A stretch of 38,139 bases of DNA, taken from positions 1 through 38,139 of the forward strand of contig JANWIU010000043.1 in NCBI GenBank assembly GCA_025449725.1, given 5' to 3'. Positions within the stretch are counted from its first letter, which is position 1, and every line of letters starts with the position of its first letter. Below, one piece after another: positions 18,585 through 26,033 of the stretch. A program made the position numbers and the translations under genes. The notes below the pieces were generated by a model that saw only the letters and a list, made by a program, of their open reading frames with translations, made no database searches and was not told where the DNA came from. The stretch is from Pseudobdellovibrio sp. GTDB lineage: Bacteria > Bdellovibrionota > Bdellovibrionia > Bdellovibrionales > Bdellovibrionaceae.

Positions 18585-19976
18585 ATGCGCAAAAGTTCAA
18601 ATCTCTTTCTTTTTATGACGGTGATGGTTGCGGGTTTAAATGCCACGGCCATTTCAATAGACTGGAGCGGTGGGTACCGTGTCGAATTCAACGACGTGAA
18701 TTCTCCGACTTTGGATTCAAGTAATCCTGATCCTAAAACATACGGGCTTCAGTACTTATTTTTAAATTCTAAAATCGTAGCTTCAGATGGTATCAACATC
18801 GTAGCCCGCTTTGATATTATGGGAAGCCAGACTCCCGGTTATGAAAACAGCCAGTTAGGATCACTTGTTGGCGGCAGCGGTATCGGTACCGATCCCCATG
18901 TGACGGCTCAAAATCAGGAATCAACCGGCGTCAATGTCAGTCAGCTTTATTTGAACGCTAACACTGAATACGGTTCGTTAATTGCCGGACGGGCTCCTTT
19001 TGAGTTTGGTTTGGGAATGACCCACAATGCCGGGCTGGGGCCTTTTGATCACTGGTACGATACCCGTGACGGTGTGGCTTACAGATTTTTCGTTGATAAT
19101 ATTTCGTTCATGCCGATGCTTTCACGGGTTTCTCAAAGAGATTATGGCCGTGGCGTAACTATTAACGATGAAACTTTTGTTTTTGAGTACAAAAACAAAG
19201 ATAACGGTGCAGAAGCAGGTGTTGTTCAGCAAATCAGAAAGAGTTCTGTTGATTCAAATGACGGAACGGCTGTTGTAACGGGATCTACTGCCGTTTCTTC
19301 TTGGTCAACAAAGACGATCAATCTTTACCTGGGCCGCAGTTGGGAAAGCTTCAAATTTAAAATGGAAGCCAGCTTCTTAACCGGCGAAACCGGCCTTCAA
19401 GTGGCAGGTGAGAACATCAATATTAATTCTTATGCCTTGGCGGCAGAACTTTTATGGCCTGCTTTGAATGATGATAAATGGGAGTACGGATTAAAAATGG
19501 GTTATGCCAGCGGCGATAATCCGACAACGACAGTTTACGAAGGTTACCAGTTTGACAGAAACTACGATGTAGCGATGTTGTTGTTCAATCACAGAATGGG
19601 AAGCGCAGACTTTTTAACAACCGGAATGACTCACACTAATGCCGGATTGACGGTTGGAAACTCTGCGGATGATGAATCAATCGGAAATGCGATGTACTTT
19701 GCGCCAACCGCGAAGTACGCATGGAATGATAAATTGGATTTACGAACTACTCTTGTGTATGCACAATTAGTAACAAATCCAACTTTAACGCTGGACACGA
19801 GTAAAGATTTAGGTACAGAATTGGATATAGAACTCATTTACAAGCCTCGCGAACGCGTGATTTGGTCGAATGGGATCGGAGTGCTGTTTCCGGGACAGGC
19901 GTGGAAAGACGGAGCGTCCAGTTTCGAAAACGGTACCAACTTTGGATTTTCAACTAAATCCGCCATCACCTTTTGA
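18585..19976 (+). CDS. Outer-membrane beta-barrel / porin-like protein
   Basis: Signal peptide, amphipathic beta strands, YASGD and DLGTELDI motifs (alginate-export-like porins), C-terminal Phe (SAITF). Confidence 0.75.
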   Translation: MRKSSNLFLFMTVMVAGLNATAISIDWSGGYRVEFNDVNSPTLDSSNPDPKTYGLQYLFLNSKIVASDGINIVARFDIMGSQTPGYENSQLGSLVGGSGIGTDPHVTAQNQESTGVNVSQLYLNANTEYGSLIAGRAPFEFGLGMTHNAGLGPFDHWYDTRDGVAYRFFVDNISFMPMLSRVSQRDYGRGVTINDETFVFEYKNKDNGAEAGVVQQIRKSSVDSNDGTAVVTGSTAVSSWSTKTINLYLGRSWESFKFKMEASFLTGETGLQVAGENININSYALAAELLWPALNDDKWEYGLKMGYASGDNPTTTVYEGYQFDRNYDVAMLLFNHRMGSADFLTTGMTHTNAGLTVGNSADDESIGNAMYFAPTAKYAWNDKLDLRTTLVYAQLVTNPTLTLDTSKDLGTELDIELIYKPRERVIWSNGIGVLFPGQAWKDGASSFENGTNFGFSTKSAITF

Positions 19977-20049
19977 TAACAACGTGGTAGCAGCATGTAC
20001 GGCAACTTAGAAGACAGCTTGATCGCATCTAGTGCGGTGGTGAGCAGGG

Positions 20050-20082
20050 CCGGCGGAGGGAAACCTCCGCCGGATTTTTTTT
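20050..20082 (+). terminator. Rho-independent terminator after the porin gene
   Basis: CCGGCGGAGG-GAAA-CCTCCGCCGG perfect 10-bp stem followed by A and a T8 run. Confidence 0.8.
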
Positions 20083-20402
20083 GTCCTTTTGTTTCTTAGG
20101 TTTAGGTCGCTTCTTCTTTTCTTTTTTTGAATGATTTTCTGAATGGACTTTTGATTTTTGCAGACGCGGACTCCTGTCCTCTCCTGCATCGCCCGCCTTA
20201 ATTTTTTTTCGCAGGCTTTGTTTTTTTTATGTGTTTATACGAATGATGTTTACGTCTCTTCTTTTTTGCGGTCGAACGCTTCACGCTTGCAGGGGGTCTG
20301 CAAAAATCAAAAGTCCATTCAGGAATGTATTCAAAGAAAAAATGAAAGAAGAGTCTTGAACAAGAATAAAAGGGCAACTCATCCCGGCGTGGCTTCGCGC
20401 CG
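20050..20402. repeat. Long imperfect inverted-repeat element between convergent genes
   Basis: Exact 27-bp inverted repeat CTGAATGGACTTTTGATTTTTGCAGAC (20139-20165) / GTCTGCAAAAATCAAAAGTCCATTCAG (20296-20322). Degenerate similarity continues outward to GC hairpins at 20050-20073 and 20385-20402. Confidence 0.85.
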
Positions 20403-20414
20403 TTAGACCTGCTT

Positions 20415-21323
20415 TTATTTTTTCATGTCCCAGAAGACGTCTAGAACTTTTTTTACTCTTGCGGTTGGGTATTTTTCTGCCAGTTGGATTATGTAGATTG
20501 GTTGTTCGGCTGTTTGTTTTGGTTTTGTGTAGGCGTGCAGGGTTTTTGATTTTAGTTCTGTTGCCACGCAGTGTTTTGGGAAGAGGGCCAGGCCTACGTT
20601 GTTTTTTGCCATTGTTATGGCGCCGCTTAGGCTGTTCATTTCGCCTGTGATTTCCAGGTCGTTTAGGTGTAAGGCTGCTGATTTTGGGAAGTAAGTGTTT
20701 ATCCAGTTGTCGAAGAGGACGTCCATGCCCGGGTATTTTATGAATTTTTTTGTTTTTAAGTCTTTTAGGGTTTCGATGTTTACTGATTTTTCTGTTGGGC
20801 CCACCAGGACGTGTTCTTCTCTTACGAATTCTTTGTATTGGATGTCTTTGTGCGGGACCAAGTAGGTGATGAAGCCGAAGTCGATTTCTCCTTTTAATAG
20901 TAAAGCTGTCACTTGTTGGGAGTCGCATAGGGTGACTTTTAGGTTTACGTCGGGAAAGTTTTTTCGTTTATCCAGTAGTATTGAAAAGTGTGGCGTCATC
21001 AGGCAAGAGTCAGGCATGGCGTAGCGGACTAAGCCTTTGAGGGCGGTGCCTTCGGTATTGAGGGTATCTAGTAGCTTGTCGATTTGATCTAAGTAAAGTT
21101 CTGTGAACTGTTTTAATTTTTGGCCCGCTTCTGTTAACTGTACTTTACGACCGGCCCGGTGAAATAAATTCACACCGACCTCGGCTTCGAGTTTGGCTAC
21201 ATGTTGGCTGATTCCTGACTGAGTAAGGGCCGCAAGTTCTGCGGCCTTTGTGAAGTTTAATGACTCTGCAGCGTAATAGAAGGCTTTTAGGGATGCAGGA
21301 TCGAGCTTTTGGAAGTTTCGCAT
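20415..21323 (-). CDS. LysR family transcriptional regulator
   Basis: HTH NFTKAAELAALTQSGISQHVAKLEAEVGVNLFHR...LTEAG; 302 aa; divergent partner gene. Confidence 0.95.
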   Translation of the reverse strand: MRNFQKLDPASLKAFYYAAESLNFTKAAELAALTQSGISQHVAKLEAEVGVNLFHRAGRKVQLTEAGQKLKQFTELYLDQIDKLLDTLNTEGTALKGLVRYAMPDSCLMTPHFSILLDKRKNFPDVNLKVTLCDSQQVTALLLKGEIDFGFITYLVPHKDIQYKEFVREEHVLVGPTEKSVNIETLKDLKTKKFIKYPGMDVLFDNWINTYFPKSAALHLNDLEITGEMNSLSGAITMAKNNVGLALFPKHCVATELKSKTLHAYTKPKQTAEQPIYIIQLAEKYPTARVKKVLDVFWDMKK

Positions 21324-21344
21324 GCTTAATTATTAGTATAAATG

Positions 21345-21359
21345 ATTGATATATTCAAT
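21345..21359. promoter_or_regulatory. Putative LysR-binding box
   Basis: ATTGA-TATAT-TCAAT palindrome fitting T-N11-A in the divergent intergenic region. Confidence 0.5.
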
Positions 21360-21457
21360 AACATTAATTTCACTGATCATAAAATTTAAGGCAAAAATCA
21401 CGTAACAAAAACACTGGCAAAAAGCATTGGCTTGCGCCGGAATGAAATGGAGAATAT

Positions 21458-22255
21458 ATGAAACTAGTGAAGAGTTTAATTTTAATGGTGATGATCTGGA
21501 GCCTAAACGTGAATGCACAAAGTATTGATAGCGCGAACTACTTCCGTGTGTGGCAGGGGTTTCAGCGTGCTGAACTTTCGCAACAGGATTTTTATAATTC
21601 AGTTGCAGGCTTTATGAAGGCCACCGTGGATCTTTACAAGGGTCGCGCTCTTAATAATTACATTGTGATTATTCCACCTGTCGTAAAGCCATCGTATATT
21701 CCTGATGAATTGGCGTTAGTCGCTTTAAACTCTAAAGAATCTTACGATCAAATCCGGGCGACGCCGGAAGGCCAGGCTTATTCCGCGAGGCACTGGGATA
21801 TTTTTGACAGAGCAACTTCTAAGAGTGCGCCTTTAGTGGATTTTACTGTTGAAAACCCCTCACAACTGGTGAATCAAAATGCGTATGACATGATTGGTAA
21901 AGCGAACAACTGGGCCGTTGGGTACAGTACTGTGTTTATCGGAACTAAAAAAGCCGGACTGAGTTCTGAATTATTTCTTTCTCGCCTTCATACTCATGTA
22001 AAACTGGCAAAAACAGTTATGGTTCCAAAAGGGCTTAAGGGATACATCTTTATTGCGAACGAAAATTATGAAATCGCTTACTTGAACTGGGAATCAAAAG
22101 AAGCTCACGATGCCGCGGGTGCAACCGAAGGCGGTCAAAGTGTTTTTAATGATGCAAAAGAGATAATGGATGTTTTGATGTATCAGCAGGCCAAAAACTT
22201 CAATGCAGGTGAGGCCATCAGCGCGGGCGAAGGTTATTCAACTTTGCAACGTTAG
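21458..22255 (+). CDS. Secreted protein with two EthD-like (dimeric alpha/beta barrel) repeats
   Basis: Signal peptide; two repeats of LS...F...Y...(L/W)xSKE..D...ATxxGQ....IxD resembling EthD. Confidence 0.6.
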   Translation: MKLVKSLILMVMIWSLNVNAQSIDSANYFRVWQGFQRAELSQQDFYNSVAGFMKATVDLYKGRALNNYIVIIPPVVKPSYIPDELALVALNSKESYDQIRATPEGQAYSARHWDIFDRATSKSAPLVDFTVENPSQLVNQNAYDMIGKANNWAVGYSTVFIGTKKAGLSSELFLSRLHTHVKLAKTVMVPKGLKGYIFIANENYEIAYLNWESKEAHDAAGATEGGQSVFNDAKEIMDVLMYQQAKNFNAGEAISAGEGYSTLQR

Positions 22256-22260
22256 TCTAA

Positions 22261-22293
22261 AAAAACAAAAACCAGCTCATGTCCATGAGCTGG
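22261..22293 (-). terminator. Rho-independent terminator for the 22321-23658 gene
   Basis: CCAGCTCATG-TC-CATGAGCTGG hairpin with an A-rich run on its left (T-tail on the minus strand). Confidence 0.7.
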
Positions 22294-22320
22294 CTGGAGT
22301 TCAAGTTTTCTTTTCAGATC

Positions 22321-23658
22321 TTAGTTGTTACGGCCTGTGCGGCCACCTTGCATTGATGTGTTAGGCGAACCGATTGTCATGTTACCTGAATTCGGTAAAG
22401 CCGGGCCAATGTTAGAAGTACCTGCAGTCGATGGAGCCGCAACAGTACCGCGGCCTCCGCGTGAACCTGTTGTGTTGCTGCCGGTTGTAGAGCTTCCGCT
22501 GTTAGAATTCACATTTAACCAGTTAGCGCTATCGTTGTTCATTTGAGTGAACAAGTTTCTAACTGCAGGGATCATATTTGCGTTTGATTGATCGTCTGCA
22601 CCTTTAAGACTGTTTGCTAACATATCGTAGTAACCAGAGATGCCGTCACGAGGAGATCCGTTAAACTCTGTTAATAGGCGGCGGCGATCTTGTTCTGCTA
22701 CTGACCAAAGATCCTGGCTGGTAATAAAATCTTTATCGTTATAAGCCTGGCGTGCTTCCTGTAACTTACTGCGTACCAGTGCTGCTCGAGCTTCTGCGGC
22801 TCTGCGGATATCTGCAGCGATCAAGTTATTGATTCCGCGGTAATCTGCCGGAAGAGAGTTGCTTATATTTAAAATCGTATCTTGTAAGGCTTGTAAGCTT
22901 TCTGGTGACTGATCAGCTGAATTCATACGTTGGCGTAAAAGTGGTTCGATGTACTTTGCAAACACACGTTGTGCTACCGCCGGTTCGATTTTTTTTCTGC
23001 CGGAATAAGTGCGTAACAAAGATTGAAAGCGTGAGCTTAAAGTTTCTAAGTTGTTGGGGTAACGAGCGGCATAGTCTTCCATTTTACCTTCGAACTCTTC
23101 ATTTCGGAGATCCAATGCATCGCGCTCAGCCTCTTGACGGAGGTTGTCTCTTTCGCGGCGGATACAGCGAGCTCTTGTATTTGCAGGTTCGTCAGCGCAA
23201 ATGGATTCCGGAGTTTCAGGAACATCTGCTGCTACTGCAGGAGCTGGCGCCGGTGCTGCCGGAGCATGAGCGGTTTGAGCTTGAGTTGCTTGTTGTGCCT
23301 TGATGACGGCGGTCCAATTATTAACAGCGGCTGCGGCTGCGTTTGCTTCCGCTACTGATGGAAATACCCAAGTTACACATTCAGAACAAGCTTGCGGTGC
23401 CGCAGCTTGAGTTGCGCCGGGAACCGGGGCCGGAGCTGTAGGTTGAACAACTGTTGTTGCGGCAGAAGGGCCTCCCGCGCTGGCTGGTGTCTGAGCTGGT
23501 CCTACTAAATGATCTAAATCATCAGGTGAGACATCTACCGTAGACGCAAAGTCTGCGGATAGAATCTGCTGAGAAGAAACCGAATAATAATATTGGCTTC
23601 CCAGTGCAGCGATTAGAAAAGCAGACAAGATCCACTTTTGATTGATTACCTTTTTCAT
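22321..23658 (-). CDS. Hypothetical membrane-anchored/secreted protein with Pro/Ala linkers and helical body
   Basis: 445-aa ORF, GGAGG RBS, N-terminal hydrophobic helix, CSEC and a second Cys pair, Gly/Ser/Thr-rich tail. Confidence 0.75.
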   Translation of the reverse strand: MKKVINQKWILSAFLIAALGSQYYYSVSSQQILSADFASTVDVSPDDLDHLVGPAQTPASAGGPSAATTVVQPTAPAPVPGATQAAAPQACSECVTWVFPSVAEANAAAAAVNNWTAVIKAQQATQAQTAHAPAAPAPAPAVAADVPETPESICADEPANTRARCIRRERDNLRQEAERDALDLRNEEFEGKMEDYAARYPNNLETLSSRFQSLLRTYSGRKKIEPAVAQRVFAKYIEPLLRQRMNSADQSPESLQALQDTILNISNSLPADYRGINNLIAADIRRAAEARAALVRSKLQEARQAYNDKDFITSQDLWSVAEQDRRRLLTEFNGSPRDGISGYYDMLANSLKGADDQSNANMIPAVRNLFTQMNNDSANWLNVNSNSGSSTTGSNTTGSRGGRGTVAAPSTAGTSNIGPALPNSGNMTIGSPNTSMQGGRTGRNN

Positions 23659-23711
23659 ACATCCTCCATTAATAGGACCATCCAGGTCTTTTATTTACAC
23701 AATCATGTAAG

Positions 23712-23727
23712 AGCGAAGGCCAGACCA
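23712..23727 (-). promoter_or_regulatory. Possible sigma54 -24/-12 promoter for the 22321-23658 gene
   Basis: Minus strand TGGTCTGGCCTTCGCT has GG-N10-GC spacing, about 55 bp upstream of the ATG; imperfect match to consensus. Confidence 0.3.
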
Positions 23728-23957
23728 GTTCTCAAATCGATACAAACCGCCGTAACTGCATGAAAACATTAATAAATTTGGTAGCAGTAAGAGCGTATCA
23801 GAATGATAGGCATGTAAAACTTCTGGCGTCTCAAAGGTGGAAATATTTAAAAGTTCAATTGTTTCAAAGGCTTAAGACCTTCGTGAAAAAAAAGCAGGTA
23901 CAAAAAGGGCGCGCGAAAAAACTGTCTTTTTGAGGGGCCTTCGCATATAAATCTCCT

Positions 23958-25157
23958 ATGAAATTTACGTTTTCCCCTGTTGAAAGAGCAGATTCTGTTC
24001 CCGCTGAAAAGTGGTTTGATTGGACATGGCAACTTCAGTCGGCATTAAAAAGCGTAAATGACTTTGAAAAAAACTTTCAGCTGGCTGATTTTGAAAGAAA
24101 AGCATTTGAGGCTGGATCTGAAATTTTTAATATTCGCTGTACTCCTTATTACGCAGCGTTGGCTTCAAAAAATAATCCGCATGATCCTGTTCGCCGAATA
24201 CTTCTTCCTCATGAACGAGAATTGTTTGATCCGAAGCAAGCGCAGTTGGACCCACTAGGGGAAAGAAAATCCGAGAACAGCCCGGTTCGCAGAATAGTTC
24301 ATAGGTACTCAGACCGAGTGTTATTTTTAGTGACGGATATATGCAGTGTTTACTGCCGCTACTGTACACGAAAGCATTTTACCGGTGCAGATCAGGCTTT
24401 TCTTAAAACTGATGAATACGAAGAGGCCCTGAAGTACATCCGCCAACACACAGGGATCCGTGAGGTCATTCTGTCGGGCGGGGATCCGTTAACGATTTCC
24501 GACGCGAAGATCGATCGTGTTTTAAGTGATCTTCGAAAAATTGATCACGTTGAAATTATCAGGATTGGAAGCCGCATGCCTGTGGTGGCGCCTATGCGTG
24601 TAACCGATGATCTTGTTCGCATCCTTAAAAAACACAAGCCGGTGTTCATGATGACTCACTTCAATCATCCGCGCGAACTTACTGCAGAAGCCGCTATAGC
24701 CGTGGAAAATTTTGTTGATAACGGTATTCCGGTCATGAATCAGATGGTGCTATTGAACGGTGTGAACAATCACCCGGCAGTAGTGCAAGCCTTGTCGCGC
24801 AGGCTTTTGTATTTACGTGCAAAACCTTATTACATGTTTCAGTGCGATCCTTCAATCGGCACGGATCACTTGCGCACCAGTATTGATAATTCATTGCAGA
24901 TCCAGCGGGAGCTTTGGGGGCACTTGTCTGGCCTTGCGATGCCACAGCTGTCTGTTGATATTCCGGATGGTGGCGGCAAAGCTTATTATGCCCCGCAATT
25001 TGAAGTGGAGCGCAATGAAGCCGGCCGCAAGTTTGTCGGCTGGGACGGAGTTGAATCTGAATACATCAACCCGGACGCTTCTGAAACCCGAATCCCGATT
25101 GATGCTGAAGTGTATTTTGAAGAATGGGAAAATTTAAAATCAGCTAAGAAACTTTAG
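23958..25157 (+). CDS. kamA: KamA family radical SAM protein (lysine 2,3-aminomutase-like)
   Basis: DPLGE, HRYSDRVL, CSVYCRYCTRK (CxxxCxxC), VILSGGDPL, HFNHP, DIPDGGGK (PLP lysine). Confidence 0.9.
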   Translation: MKFTFSPVERADSVPAEKWFDWTWQLQSALKSVNDFEKNFQLADFERKAFEAGSEIFNIRCTPYYAALASKNNPHDPVRRILLPHERELFDPKQAQLDPLGERKSENSPVRRIVHRYSDRVLFLVTDICSVYCRYCTRKHFTGADQAFLKTDEYEEALKYIRQHTGIREVILSGGDPLTISDAKIDRVLSDLRKIDHVEIIRIGSRMPVVAPMRVTDDLVRILKKHKPVFMMTHFNHPRELTAEAAIAVENFVDNGIPVMNQMVLLNGVNNHPAVVQALSRRLLYLRAKPYYMFQCDPSIGTDHLRTSIDNSLQIQRELWGHLSGLAMPQLSVDIPDGGGKAYYAPQFEVERNEAGRKFVGWDGVESEYINPDASETRIPIDAEVYFEEWENLKSAKKL

Positions 25158-25172
25158 CTGTCGAAAGTTTTG

Positions 25173-26033
25173 TTATTTTCTTGCGTTGATAAAAAGCGCC
25201 AAGAGTACAAGTAAAGCTCCGCCAATTTGCAGAATGGATAACTGCTCTCCTAAAAAAAAGAAGGCAGCAACGGTTGCAACGACCGGTTCAATCATGACCA
25301 CGATCGAAGCTTTAGAGCTTGAAAGTTTTTGTAAGCCCGCCAAAAACAAAGTTAACGGCGCGATAGTCGAGATAACGGCAATTCCTGAAATGATGAACAT
25401 TTGTTTGGAAGTAAGTTCAGTTACCCGCATGATGGCCGGCTGGTGAATGACAAACAGTGCAAGTGCTGAAGCACTGATGACATACAGGCTGGAAGACAAT
25501 GGCGCTACGTTTTGTTGAACCTTACCGGAAACCAGAACGTAAACAGCGTACGTAACAGCTGCAATCAACGCATAGGCCACAGCTGCAGGAGAATTCACAA
25601 CTAACGGTCCCCAAAGAAGGATTCCAAGCCCTACGCAAGCCAAAAGCAAACTGATAACTTGATTTTTTGTCATGCGCTCTTTCAAAAAGAAATGCGCACC
25701 GAGATTTACGAAGATCGGAAAAGTAAAAAGTAAAAGAGCAGCAAGAGGAACGGAAATTCCTTCGATCGATTTAAAATAAAAAGTTGAAAAAACGGCATAA
25801 CCAAAGACGCCAAGTCCTGCAGAGACTAAAACCTGACGAAGCGGAAGTTTAATGAGATCTCTTTTGAATGCAAACAAGCCGACCCACAATAAAAGCGATG
25901 CGAGCACGAACCGGAATGTAAGAAGCTCGCCGACCGTTAGACCGCTTTGAAACGCGTAACGGCCGAAGATTCCAAGAAACCCGAAACCGAATCCGGCCAG
26001 CAATACAAAAATAAGTCCGAGAACCTGCTGCAT
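25173..26033 (-). CDS. EamA/DMT family transporter
   Basis: About 10 TM segments in two repeats; FLKERMT, IEPVVA...FLGEQLS. Confidence 0.9.
   Translation of the reverse strand: MQQVLGLIFVLLAGFGFGFLGIFGRYAFQSGLTVGELLTFRFVLASLLLWVGLFAFKRDLIKLPLRQVLVSAGLGVFGYAVFSTFYFKSIEGISVPLAALLLFTFPIFVNLGAHFFLKERMTKNQVISLLLACVGLGILLWGPLVVNSPAAVAYALIAAVTYAVYVLVSGKVQQNVAPLSSSLYVISASALALFVIHQPAIMRVTELTSKQMFIISGIAVISTIAPLTLFLAGLQKLSSSKASIVVMIEPVVATVAAFFFLGEQLSILQIGGALLVLLALFINARK

Noticed and set aside
19985-20075. SRP RNA or tRNA candidate
   Set aside because: Lacks the SRP domain IV CAGG...GGAAGCAGC motif and any tRNA T-loop/cloverleaf.
20007-20406. Two small ORFs sharing VCKNQKSIQ on opposite strands
   Set aside because: They are translations of the two arms of the inverted repeat, not evidence of paralogous peptides.
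20281-20928. 215-aa Arg/Lys-rich alternative-frame ORF overlapping LysR
   Set aside because: By-product of the lack of T at LysR third codon positions, which removes stop codons from the shifted frame; no recognisable protein features.
20415-20940. Diversity-generating retroelement target region
   Set aside because: No reverse transcriptase or TR/VR pair in the window. Changes are synonymous and involve both A and C loss on the + strand, fitting deamination better than adenine-only diversification.
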